41,286 nucleotides of DNA, taken from positions 1-41,286 of the forward strand of contig JAWOHM010000130.1 in assembly GCA_046485165.1 (NCBI GenBank), given 5' to 3'. Positions 9,907 through 19,017 of this stretch are shown piece by piece; position 1 is the stretch's first letter, and each line of letters starts with the position of its first letter. Under the pieces are notes generated by a model, which was given only the letters and a program-made list of their open reading frames with translations, was not told the DNA's origin and ran no database searches. Source of the DNA: Thermoplasmata archaeon (GTDB taxonomy: Archaea > Thermoplasmatota > Thermoplasmata > SG8-5). A program made the translations under genes and the position numbers.

Positions 9907-11469
9907 CTAATGCCTGAGGCAGCGCATGCCCGTTAAGACCACGGCCATCCCATATTCGTTGGCCGCATCCAGCACTTCCGGGTCCCGGATGGAGCCGCCG
10001 GGATGTATCACGGCAGTGACGCCGGCTTTTCCTGCGGCGTCCATCCCGTCTCTGAAAGGGAAGAACGCGTCTGATGCCATCACCGCGCCCGCGCACCTCT
10101 TTCCGGCTTTCTTGACCGCAATCTCCACAGAGCCAACCCGGCTCATCTGGCCGGCGCCGACGCCGACTGCGGATTTTCCGGCAGCCAGGACTATGGCGTT
10201 TGAAGTGACATGCTTCACCACCTTCCAGGCGAACAGAAGGTCCTCCATCTCCCCGGGGGTCGGTGCCCTCTTCGAAACAACCTTAAGCTTGGACGGGTCC
10301 AGTTTGCTCAGGTCCCTTGATTGCACAAGGGCGCCGCCCACGACCCTCTTCATGTCCATGGCCGGCTTCTTCACGCCCTCAAGGCTGCCGGTCTCCAGCA
10401 GCATCACCTTCTTATTCTCCAGCAATGGCATGGCGCCGGCGTGGAATGAGGGCGCGATTATGGAATCGAGGAATATCTTCCTCATGGCTTTGGCGGTGTC
10501 AATGTCCAGCTCCCTGTTCAGGGCGACGATTCCCCCGTAAGCCGAGAGCGGGTCCGCGCCCAGCGCCCTGGCGAACGCTTCGGAGATGGACCCGGCGCTG
10601 GCGATGCCGCTGGGATTCATGTGCTTGACTATGGCCGCGGTCGGTTCCTCGAAATCCTTCACCATCTCAAGGGTGGCATTCATGTCCAGTATGTTGTTGT
10701 AGGAAAGCTCCTTCCCCTTCAGCTTTCTGGCGTTGGCAATGCATGGCTCCGCCAGGAAAATGTCCCTGTAAAATGCAGCCTTCTGGTATGGGTTCTCGCC
10801 GTACCTCAGGTCCTGAACCTTTCTGAAAGGGATGATGAGGCGTTCCGGGTATCCCATGTCGACGCCCAGCGCATCCTTCAGCGTGTTGGAGATTATGGCA
10901 TCGTACTCCGCGGTCCTGGTGAAAGCTTCCCATGCCAGTCTTTTTCGCGTCTCCTGGGAAAGTACCCCCTTCTCCCGCAGCTCCGCGATAACGGGCTTGT
11001 ACTGGGCGGGCTCGATTATCACGGCTACGCTGCCGTGGTTCTTGGCCGCCGCCCTTATGAGCGTCGGCCCTCCGATGTCAATGTTCTCTATGAGCTCGGA
11101 TTCGCCGGCCATTTCTGCCGCAGCCTTCTCGAACGGATAGAGGTTCACCACGACCATGTTGAAGCGGCCAATGCCATGTTGCTTAAGCTCCTTTTGATGC
11201 TCGTCATCATCCTTTGCCAGTATGCCGGCATGTATCGTCGGGTGAAGCGTTTTGACGCGGCCGCCCAGTATCTCTGGGAAACCGGTGACATCAGAGACGC
11301 GCTCAACCGGTATGCCGTTCTCGTGAAGTTCCTTGTAGGTGCCGCCTGTCGAAACTATGCCGTAGCCCAGGTCGACCAGCTCTCTTGAGAATTCCAGCAG
11401 TCCAGTCTTGTCCGATACGCTTATCAAAGCTCTCTTAGCATCGCTTTCCGCCAACTCAAGCACCGACAT
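9907..11469 (-). CDS. purH: Bifunctional AICAR transformylase/IMP cyclohydrolase
   Basis: RALISVSDKTG, GGRVKTLHP, IENIDIGGPT, LRYGENPYQ, KELSYNN, ASDAFFPF. Confidence 0.97.
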   Translation of the reverse strand: MSVLELAESDAKRALISVSDKTGLLEFSRELVDLGYGIVSTGGTYKELHENGIPVERVSDVTGFPEILGGRVKTLHPTIHAGILAKDDDEHQKELKQHGIGRFNMVVVNLYPFEKAAAEMAGESELIENIDIGGPTLIRAAAKNHGSVAVIIEPAQYKPVIAELREKGVLSQETRKRLAWEAFTRTAEYDAIISNTLKDALGVDMGYPERLIIPFRKVQDLRYGENPYQKAAFYRDIFLAEPCIANARKLKGKELSYNNILDMNATLEMVKDFEEPTAAIVKHMNPSGIASAGSISEAFARALGADPLSAYGGIVALNRELDIDTAKAMRKIFLDSIIAPSFHAGAMPLLENKKVMLLETGSLEGVKKPAMDMKRVVGGALVQSRDLSKLDPSKLKVVSKRAPTPGEMEDLLFAWKVVKHVTSNAIVLAAGKSAVGVGAGQMSRVGSVEIAVKKAGKRCAGAVMASDAFFPFRDGMDAAGKAGVTAVIHPGGSIRDPEVLDAANEYGMAVVLTGMRCLRH

Positions 11470-11646
11470 GACATGGCAATCACCATCATAAATCTTAGGA
11501 ATGGTAAGTTCTCAAAAATATAATACGAATTCTCCTAGATAATTTAGACATTATATTTTTATATATTCTTAATTGCATTACCTTCCGAGAGTGGATGCAC
11601 GATGAGGTCATTTAAAGGCCGCAATGCGGTCAGTTGTCAGGTTTTC

Positions 11647-13119
11647 ATGGGTGCCCTGGGAGCCATCTCGGGCACGAGGAAGGGCAATGTCGCAAAGTTG
11701 ATATCCGAGGGCAACGAGCACTACCGCAAGGGGCAGCTGGCCGAAGCCATCACAGCCTACAATCACGTTCTGGAGATAGACCCGGAAAACCCGGATGCAT
11801 GGAACAACAAGGGTTTGATACTTGCCGTGGCAGGCAACTACAAGGAAGCGCTCAAATGCCATCTCAAAGCGATCGAACTCGATCCCGAGAATGTCGACGC
11901 CATGTCCAATGTTGGCATGGTGCACACCAAACTGGAAAGCCACAAAGAGGCGCTGATGTGGTACGACAAGGCATTGGAAATGGACCGGTCCCATGAAACG
12001 ACCTGGAACAACAAGGGAAACCTGCTGTCAAAGCTCGGGCAATATGATGAGGCCCTGAAGTGCTATGACAGGGCGCTGGAGATAAACCCGAATTACATGG
12101 CCGCAATGAACAATAAAGCAGTCGAACTGATTCACCTGAAACGTTACGACGAGGCCCTTGACCTCCTCAATGCCGTGCTCAGGTCAAGGCCGCTCTTCTC
12201 CGAAGGCTGGTATGTCAAGGGGAAGGCTTATGTGGGTATGGGCGAGTTCGATAAAGCCATAATCTGCCTTGAGCGCTCCCATCGCCTGAACCCCGAGTTC
12301 CGGCAAGCAAAAAGGGCGCTGGACATCCTCAAGAGCAAGCTTGTCCAATCCCCCGGGGAAAAGGTCAAGGGAACGGGTAAGAAAGCAACCCGCACCCGCT
12401 CGGAAAATGAAAAACTGGAGAAGGCCATTCAGAAAGAGATCCTTAAGCCCCGAACCGAGACGGAGATGATTTCAGATGAGTTCAGCCGCCCCGAGGAGCA
12501 CCTGACAAAGGAGGAGGGCATAGCACTCGAACTTCTAACGGATGAATACCGGCCGTTGGCAGAATTGAAAAATGCAGTGGGCAGCAGACTCACCAAATCG
12601 GCGCTGGAGATAGCCTTGGAGGATCTTGAGAAAAAGAGCCTGGCACTATCAAGAACCGCGGGCAAGGCCAAGGAATATGCCCGAAGCCAGTCCCTGGGAA
12701 CCATCGAACAGGAGCTTGTGGAACAGAGGGAGGAGCAGGAACCCCAGGATGCGGGCAATGACATCCATGCCTTGGTCTCCAGGGCAAGGAGATTCATCGA
12801 AAGCGAGCGGTATTCGGATGCGGCAAACAGCCTCCGCAAGGCACTCAAGATCAACCCCTACGATGATATGGCCGTATGCCTGCTGGCCCAGGTCCAGTTC
12901 GAGATGGGCGAGCGGGACAGGGCGATCAACACGATATCCAAAATCCTGGGGAGCAAACCGGATTACATCCCTGCCTGGTTCACGCTTGCCAATGCCTCGC
13001 TCAAGGCCAAGGAATACACCGACGCGGCTGAGTGTTACCGCAAGATACTTGAGCTTCAGCCGGACAACGCCGAGGCAAAGAGGGGCCTGGAAAACTCAGA
13101 GTCAGAACTTAAAAAATAA
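11647..13119 (+). CDS. TPR repeat protein with a central winged-helix-like segment
   Basis: Several canonical TPRs (AWNNKG...YDRALEINP) at both ends. Start may be 11602. Confidence 0.85.
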   Translation: MGALGAISGTRKGNVAKLISEGNEHYRKGQLAEAITAYNHVLEIDPENPDAWNNKGLILAVAGNYKEALKCHLKAIELDPENVDAMSNVGMVHTKLESHKEALMWYDKALEMDRSHETTWNNKGNLLSKLGQYDEALKCYDRALEINPNYMAAMNNKAVELIHLKRYDEALDLLNAVLRSRPLFSEGWYVKGKAYVGMGEFDKAIICLERSHRLNPEFRQAKRALDILKSKLVQSPGEKVKGTGKKATRTRSENEKLEKAIQKEILKPRTETEMISDEFSRPEEHLTKEEGIALELLTDEYRPLAELKNAVGSRLTKSALEIALEDLEKKSLALSRTAGKAKEYARSQSLGTIEQELVEQREEQEPQDAGNDIHALVSRARRFIESERYSDAANSLRKALKINPYDDMAVCLLAQVQFEMGERDRAINTISKILGSKPDYIPAWFTLANASLKAKEYTDAAECYRKILELQPDNAEAKRGLENSESELKK

Positions 13120-13249
13120 TATGTTGCATTGTTTGGCCGCGCGGCATTGAACAAATCCGAACGGCAGCCAGGTTATCTGGCTATGTTCTCAGAAAAGATG
13201 CGCAATGATAAAAAGTTAAAAGAGCAATACCACTGCCAGTAGTGCGAAA

Positions 13250-13331
13250 GTTTTAAATAATCATGACAACATTATAGGCCTGGCTTCTATCTGGCCGAAA
13301 AGCCAGGTCGGAGAAAAAACTATTGGAGGAA
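13250..13331 (+). promoter_or_regulatory. Putative TATA box, leader hairpin and SD for the small basic protein gene
   Basis: TTTTAAATA at ~13250-13259 preceded by a purine-rich BRE-like CGAAAG; GGCCTGGCT/AGCCAGGTC stem; GGAGG before ATG 13337. Confidence 0.5.
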
Positions 13332-13336
13332 CAAAA

Positions 13337-13555
13337 ATGGTAATGGAACCGATAAGTGTGGATAGGGCAATAGAGATTGCCAAGAGGAAGAATTTGAAGC
13401 CAGGCCGCGTGAAGGGAACAAAGGGTGTCCAGTTCACGAAGGGAAGGAACCCACGTCTCGAGACAATCGACTGGGACGAGTTCAAGAAGACCCTGACCGC
13501 CAGGAGACTCCAGGTCTACGAGAGCGGCGGCTGGATGAAAATAATGAAGAAATGA
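13337..13555 (+). CDS. Small basic hypothetical protein (72 aa)
   Basis: Clean ORF with SD, own promoter-like site and terminator; 18 K/R versus 8 D/E. Confidence 0.8.
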   Translation: MVMEPISVDRAIEIAKRKNLKPGRVKGTKGVQFTKGRNPRLETIDWDEFKKTLTARRLQVYESGGWMKIMKK

Positions 13556-13600
13556 TGGGGGCTATTCCCCATCATTTTTATTTATATTCCTTTTTGATAT
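13550..13600 (+). terminator. Hairpin plus T-rich terminator
   Basis: AAATGATGGGG/CCCCATCATTT stem followed by T-rich tract. Confidence 0.75.
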
Positions 13601-13640
13601 TATTGTTTTATTTACAGATGTTTCGAATCATGGCAGCATG

Positions 13641-13790
13641 CCCCGCGTGTAAGCGCGGGGTCTTGAATCTTTATTGAATCGAGTGCGCTTGCCCCTTCAT
13701 TCTGAGGCATTCTAGAATTCCTGTATGGAAAACCCTGGGTGTAAGCCCAGGGATGTCGGGTACTCGCCCTGCCACTCGTATGCAGGGTGA
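13641..13790. repeat. Cluster of REP-like GC hairpins (TGTAAG loop)
   Basis: CCCCGCG-tgtaag-CGCGGGG (13641-13660), CCCTGGG-tgtaag-CCCAGGG (13733-13752). Near-identical inverted copy at 25882-25901. Confidence 0.55.
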
Positions 13791-13833
13791 AACTCATTAC
13801 GCGGATCTTGCATGGCTGCTTTTCTCTCATCCT

Positions 13834-14107
13834 TCTCGTTGCGTTTTCCCAACAAAAGATAGAAAGAATAGCTTTCTGTGCAAGAGCTTCTAGATTGGGG
13901 GCCACTGTTAGCGTTGGGTAGGGCCCCAAACCCTGCCCTCACGGGCAAGGCTTCAAGGGATATCATGCAATTGGCAGTATCACACCATCGAAATCACGAG
14001 ATTCGATGCATTACCCCGCCCTCCAGTTTATAAAATGGGAAATTCAGACGGGGCATGATGAGGATGGCCGGTGCCGGAACCATGAGGACTCAGGGCGTGG
14101 TCATACA
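13834..14107. mobile_element. Structured non-coding element B1 (homologous to B2)
   Basis: Shares TTCTGTGCAAGAGCT..TAGATTGGGG, ACCCCGCCCT, CGGGGCATG and CGGTGCCGGA with 25718-26054 in the same order. Flanked by 18/20 direct repeats. Confidence 0.6.
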
Positions 14108-14135
14108 GGCCGCGTTTCTCTCATCCTCCCCCCCG

Positions 14136-15605
14136 TCAAAATTCTATCTGCGATTTTTCCTCGGGCTTCGCGGGCACATCCCGGTAATGCGCCGTCCCGC
14201 ACCTCAGGCACGTGAGCTTCCCGGAATCATAGCTTGCCGCTGTGTGGCCGCATTGGGTGCAGACGAAGCCGCCGGTTATGCCCCGTTTCAATGCGGGCGG
14301 AGGCTGCGGGGGCGGCTGGTATGCAGGCGGGGGTGCTTGGGCCGGCGTTTGCCCGTACGCCCAGGGCGGCGGCGGCACTGTGGGCCGGTTCTGCCAATGC
14401 GGCGGCGGTGGCGGCGGGAACTGGGTTTGGGCCGGTTGCCGGGTTGGATTCTGGATAGCGCCGTACTGCCAATGCGGCGGTGGCGATGGATATGCGGCCA
14501 TTGGGGCGGGCTTCGGTTTAAGGCTTGGGAAGAGCTTCATCGCAAGTTCTATGCAGTAATGCAGGAAGAAGTAACCGCCCGCCGCCATCCATATCAGTAT
14601 CGCCGCTCCCAACAGCATCAAGAGGTATTCATTGTCCGGCCAAATCTCCGTAATCGAGGAATAGAGGTTGATGGAGAAATGGATGAGTATGGATGCGTGC
14701 AGGCCGTACCTCACGAAGGCCCAGCCCAGGGCAAGCCCCGTGACCAGGACCTGCGGCACCTTCCAGAGGTCCCAGGAGCCCACATGCGCCAGGGCGAATA
14801 TAAGAGCAGAAAATAATATGAGCGTGAAAGTGACCGGAGTGAAACCCAGGCCGCCGCCCAGGAGCTTCGCGAATGGCTTATCCCATTTCCGGACGAGGCC
14901 GATGAGCAGCAACGGGGCGCCCACAAGCAGGACCCTGGACACCAGCTCCTCCCATACCGAGGCGTTGAAGAGGCCGAAGATGAGTTCCGGTCGGGACAGG
15001 CTATCGAAGTCCGGGGTGCCCATCTCAACATTTATCAGTTCAAGGAAGATGAAATACACTATGCTGAATGACATTCCTGCCATGAAGAGCTTCGCCACTC
15101 CCTCAAGGCTGCTGGTGGCTTTCTCCGGAATCATGAGCGACCTGGCAGCCGCGTTTTTTGCGGAGAGCCAGCTCCTCAGAAGGTCGAATTTCGCGTAAAC
15201 CACCGAGCAGAACAGGATGCCAAGCATAAGAATGTGCCAGGCCTGGAACCCCAGTCCAGAGACGGTGAAGAGCGGGGTGTAGAACGGCGTGATGATGAAG
15301 ACAGTGTTGGTCGGGTGAATGAGAACGGCCGGGTCGCTCGAAGAGGGCACAGGCGTCGTGATCCAATTTTGTATCTCTGGCGTCATTGCCAGAACCACGA
15401 TGAAGCTGACGACCAGCACCATCATGAACGAGACGAATCCCGCGCTCCAGAGGATGGATTTCACAGTCCTGACAAGATCGTTTGTTGGGTTGTGCGGGGG
15501 CGGCGGTTCCCAACCCCGGGGCTGGAACGATTGCGGCGGCGGAATCTGCCGGGCGCCGGGAAACGCGCTTCCGTCGTTTGGCAGAGCCGGTCCTTGGCCT
15601 TCCAT
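14136..15605 (-). CDS. CPBP (CAAX/Abi) family intramembrane glutamic endopeptidase with Pro-rich tail and zinc ribbon
   Basis: WEELVSR, FALAH, HASILIHFSIN motifs; many TM helices; C-terminal CTQC...CLRC. Confidence 0.88.
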   Translation of the reverse strand: MEGQGPALPNDGSAFPGARQIPPPQSFQPRGWEPPPPHNPTNDLVRTVKSILWSAGFVSFMMVLVVSFIVVLAMTPEIQNWITTPVPSSSDPAVLIHPTNTVFIITPFYTPLFTVSGLGFQAWHILMLGILFCSVVYAKFDLLRSWLSAKNAAARSLMIPEKATSSLEGVAKLFMAGMSFSIVYFIFLELINVEMGTPDFDSLSRPELIFGLFNASVWEELVSRVLLVGAPLLLIGLVRKWDKPFAKLLGGGLGFTPVTFTLILFSALIFALAHVGSWDLWKVPQVLVTGLALGWAFVRYGLHASILIHFSINLYSSITEIWPDNEYLLMLLGAAILIWMAAGGYFFLHYCIELAMKLFPSLKPKPAPMAAYPSPPPHWQYGAIQNPTRQPAQTQFPPPPPPHWQNRPTVPPPPWAYGQTPAQAPPPAYQPPPQPPPALKRGITGGFVCTQCGHTAASYDSGKLTCLRCGTAHYRDVPAKPEEKSQIEF

Positions 15606-15654
15606 ATAATATGGATAATGAGATACTGATATAATAATGATGGCGCAATCTTTA

Positions 15655-16674
15655 TCACGCAAGTTTCTCGGGGCACACATTTCTTCTGGAGCAGTTCCTG
15701 CACTTGCCGGGCTTGTTGTGGTTCCTGTGCGCGTTTCCGGTCCTCAATATCTGCCGCATCTCTTCGAGCTTGGCCAGCACCATTGCCTTGAGCGCAGCGT
15801 CATACTCTATCTCGCTCTCCATCTGGCTGTATTTGATTATGCCATGGGAGGGCGGAGTCCCGAATTCCTCCTCGATGAGGACGCAGTAAGCCGCGACCTG
15901 CAGGATGTGGGAGAACAGCGGGCCCTTGGGCACCCTGCCGGTCTTGACCTCCACCGGGATGTGCTCCTCGTCCACGAGCAGGACGTAGTCAGGCCTTCCC
16001 GAGAGTCCGTGCTTTTCTGAAACGAATAGCTTCGGCTTCCTGTCATTCGTGTCCACATAGGTTATCTGTTGCATCACCTGGTGCTTGCGCCTCTTGAACA
16101 ATGCCTGCTCGAACCTCTTAAGGGAGTGGTACAGGAAGTAACATGCGGCAATCAGCCAAAACAGGGACACGGCCTGCAGTATCTCGGCGACCTTCGGTTG
16201 GAAGAACCCTGACAGCAGCGTGACTGAATTCACGCCTATGACCGCAGCCACTATGGCGAATATCAGGATGATCCTCTGGTATTTCAGGGTGTGGGAGCCC
16301 TTCGGCATGGACTCCGCCTTGTAGAGGAAATAGCATGCGGCAAGTATCCATATCAGGGCTATGACGCCGAGTATCATTCCAATATCCTGGCCCACTTCGA
16401 AGACCAGCGAGACCCCGATGACGGATATAAGCGTGGCTGCGATGGCAAACCAGAGGACGATGCTCTCAAAGATTTTCGCCTGGCTCTCTTCATGGATTAT
16501 GCTGCCCAGGTCCTGGGCGACAGTCTCGTGGGCCTTCTCCCCATTCTCCAGGGCCATGCTCTCCTCATCCGCGGTGCTGCGGCTCAGCCACCAGCTCAGG
16601 GGGCAGTATCCGTATTTCTCGAGAGCGCTGGCAGAAATGACATGGTCCTTTCCGGGGTGTTTGGATTCAACCAT
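15655..16674 (-). CDS. Solo Cas4-like PD-(D/E)XK 4Fe-4S nuclease with inserted TM helices
   Basis: ISASALEKYGYCP, LSGRPDYV, PVEVKTG, QVAAY, KCRNCSRRNVCP; four hydrophobic helices between first Cys and catalytic core. Start may be 16713. Confidence 0.85.
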   Translation of the reverse strand: MVESKHPGKDHVISASALEKYGYCPLSWWLSRSTADEESMALENGEKAHETVAQDLGSIIHEESQAKIFESIVLWFAIAATLISVIGVSLVFEVGQDIGMILGVIALIWILAACYFLYKAESMPKGSHTLKYQRIILIFAIVAAVIGVNSVTLLSGFFQPKVAEILQAVSLFWLIAACYFLYHSLKRFEQALFKRRKHQVMQQITYVDTNDRKPKLFVSEKHGLSGRPDYVLLVDEEHIPVEVKTGRVPKGPLFSHILQVAAYCVLIEEEFGTPPSHGIIKYSQMESEIEYDAALKAMVLAKLEEMRQILRTGNAHRNHNKPGKCRNCSRRNVCPEKLA

Positions 16675-16758
16675 GAGCACACGATTCGCGCCTGCGCATA
16701 TAATATTTTCCATGCAAAATCTGAAATACGGCCAAGGGCTTCAAGGTCCTGGTGTGAA

Positions 16759-17763
16759 ATGAAAGTCAGGCATGCGGGCCGGGACATGGACATCCGGGCG
16801 ATCTGGATGGAAGGCGGCAGGGCCAAGCTCATCGATCAGAGGGTACTTCCCCACAGGTTCGAGATCCTGGAAGCCGGAACGGTGGAGCAGGTTGCAGTTG
16901 CCATCGAGAATATGACTGTGAGGGGCGCCCCCAGCATCGGCGCCGCGGGCGCCTATGGCATGGCCATCGCCCAGCTCACAGGAGTGAGCCTGCAGGAAGC
17001 CGCTGCCAGACTGAAGAGGACCAGGCCCACCGCCTTTGACCTGTTCTACGCAGTCGACAGGATGCTGGCATGCGCCTCCGAAGGCCGGGACCTCGCATCG
17101 GCGGCTCAGGAATATGCCGACTCCATAGCCGAGAAATGCCGGTTGATAGGCGAGCACGGCAACGCCCTTATCGAAGATGGCTTTAGAATGCTGACACATT
17201 GCAACGCTGGAGCACTGGCCACAGTCGATCATGGCACCGCCCTCTCACCGATGCGCGCCGCACACAGGTCGGGGAAGCGCATTCATGTCTTTGCGGACGA
17301 GACCCGGCCCAGGCTGCAGGGCGCGGCGCTCACTTCATGGGAACTGGTCCAGGAGGGCATACCCCACGACATCATCCCGGACAATGCCGCAGGCCATTTC
17401 ATGCAGCGCGGCGAGGTTGACATGGTCATCGTGGGCGCGGACAGGATAGCGGCAAACGGAGATTTCGCAAACAAGATAGGCACATACGAGAAAGCGGTGC
17501 TGGCCAAGGAAAACGGCATCCCGTTTTACACTGCTGCTCCGGCGAGCACGTTCGATTTTTCCCTGGAATCCGGCATGGACATACCTATAGAAGAACGCGG
17601 CCAGGACGAGGTCCGGTATGTCGGGAAGGAACTGATCTGCCCCGAGCAGGCGACTGCCAGGAACCCGGCGTTCGACATGACGCCGGCGCGTTATGTCACG
17701 GGCATCATCACCGAGGCGGGCATATTCAAGCCTGGCGAGTTGAAAAAGGACAGATTGCAATAG
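16759..17763 (+). CDS. mtnA: S-methyl-5-thioribose-1-phosphate isomerase
   Basis: VRGAPSIG, TRPTA, LTHCNAGALAT, DETRPRLQGA, GADRIAANGD, NKIGTY, NPAFD. Confidence 0.93.
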   Translation: MKVRHAGRDMDIRAIWMEGGRAKLIDQRVLPHRFEILEAGTVEQVAVAIENMTVRGAPSIGAAGAYGMAIAQLTGVSLQEAAARLKRTRPTAFDLFYAVDRMLACASEGRDLASAAQEYADSIAEKCRLIGEHGNALIEDGFRMLTHCNAGALATVDHGTALSPMRAAHRSGKRIHVFADETRPRLQGAALTSWELVQEGIPHDIIPDNAAGHFMQRGEVDMVIVGADRIAANGDFANKIGTYEKAVLAKENGIPFYTAAPASTFDFSLESGMDIPIEERGQDEVRYVGKELICPEQATARNPAFDMTPARYVTGIITEAGIFKPGELKKDRLQ

Positions 17764-17794
17764 TTTTTTAATGCATCACAGATTGCGGTGAATC

Positions 17795-18838
17795 ATGAGG
17801 CTCGTTACCACATGGTTCGGCGTCTTCCTGCTGGATGATGATTTCAAAGTCCTTGAAAAAATTCTGTTCCCACCCGACCCCGCAGAAATTGCCAAACGGC
17901 TCCAGTCCATGGACTCAGGCGAGATCCTCCGGGAGGAAACGGCACTCGCATCCGGCAATCCCATCATCGTGGGGGAGAAGCGTTTATCCACGCTGGGAAA
18001 TCTTGTCGAATTCGACAGGCCCGACATTCTGCCGGAAGATTTCGGGTTCGACGGGGCGCTCCTGGGAAAGGCCATGCTGCTCAAGGGCAGGGACCAGTTC
18101 AGAGCGAGCGCCACCCCGGACGAGCACATAGTCCAGGCCATAAGGACGATCGACGACCTCACCAAAACCATCAACCTCATGTCCGAACGGCTCCACGAAT
18201 GGCACGGTTTGAACTTCCCGGAGCTCACCGTGCTGGTTCCCGAATCCCGGTACATAGACATCATCGCTGAGCACGGCTCCAGGAAATCCATAATCGCCTC
18301 AGGCAAGGTCAAGGCGGCTGAATCCATCGGCGCGGAGATGTCGGATGCGGATGCCGAAGCAGTGAGGTCGCTGGCATGCACCATCCAGGCCCTGGGGAAG
18401 GAGAAGCAGTCGGTGGAGAAATACATAGAGGTTCGCATGCGGGAACTCGCCCCCAACCTCACCCATCTCGCGGGACCGCTGGTCGGCGCAAGGCTGATAT
18501 CACTGACCGGCGGGCTCGACAGGTTGTCGAAACTTCCATCCAGCACAGTCCAGCTTCTTGGCGCCGAAAAGGCGCTGTTCAAGCATCTGAAGGACAATGC
18601 CAGGCCGCCGAAGCACGGCGTCATTTTCCAGCACCCCATAATTCATCGGGCACCGCAATGGCAGAGGGGGAAGATAGCGCGCGCCTTCGCAGCGAAGCTC
18701 ACCATCGCCATCAGGACGGACAGGCATGGCGGCGGCAAGTTCATCGGCCCGGAGCTGGAGGCCGACCTGAACAAGCGGGTCGAGGACATCAGGCGCAGAT
18801 CTCCGAAGCCCAAGCGCAGAAATGCGAAGCGGAAATAG
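17795..18838 (+). CDS. nop5: C/D box RNP protein Nop5 (Nop56/58)
   Basis: ERLHEWHGLNFPEL, APNL, PSSTVQLLGAEKALF, PPKHGVIFQHP, RGKIAR; basic tail. Confidence 0.93.
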   Translation: MRLVTTWFGVFLLDDDFKVLEKILFPPDPAEIAKRLQSMDSGEILREETALASGNPIIVGEKRLSTLGNLVEFDRPDILPEDFGFDGALLGKAMLLKGRDQFRASATPDEHIVQAIRTIDDLTKTINLMSERLHEWHGLNFPELTVLVPESRYIDIIAEHGSRKSIIASGKVKAAESIGAEMSDADAEAVRSLACTIQALGKEKQSVEKYIEVRMRELAPNLTHLAGPLVGARLISLTGGLDRLSKLPSSTVQLLGAEKALFKHLKDNARPPKHGVIFQHPIIHRAPQWQRGKIARAFAAKLTIAIRTDRHGGGKFIGPELEADLNKRVEDIRRRSPKPKRRNAKRK

Positions 18839-18970
18839 GATTTTAGATTTGGTGATTGTAGGGAGACGATTTTAGATTTAGGGATTTTAGATATAACGGG
18901 CTGGCCGTCCAACTACGGCCAGCACATCCCGTCGTGGCAATGTAATGGCATAAATCTAAGATCTAAAATT
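18839..18970 (+). repeat. Heptamer-flanked MITE-like repeat, copy A2
   Basis: GATTTTA/GATTGTA repeats, GCTGGCCGT-ccaact-ACGGCCAGC, ATCTAAGATCTAAAATT. Confidence 0.8.
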
Positions 18971-19017
18971 TGCAACCTCACAAAGTTTTTTATCCCCCGC
19001 AGCCTAAAGGCATCCGC

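Noticed and set aside
14055-14104. C/D box sRNA (ATGATGA ... ATGAGGA)
   Set aside because: No CTGA D or D' boxes at the expected spacing.
13612-14215. Short ORFs in the B1 region as transposase remnants
   Set aside because: No recognisable protein motifs; the region is better explained by hairpins.
15655-16674. CRISPR-Cas locus
   Set aside because: Only a solo Cas4-like gene; no cas1/cas2 and no regularly spaced repeat array in the window.
16291-16758. N-terminal extension of MtnA (490-aa ORF)
   Set aside because: Antisense overlap with the Cas4-like gene; MtnA similarity begins at ATG 16759.
17795-18970. TIGR-Tas or IS110 recombinase interpretation of the Nop-domain gene
   Set aside because: It looks like ordinary full-length Nop5, with no nuclease or DEDD domain and no tandem guide array nearby.
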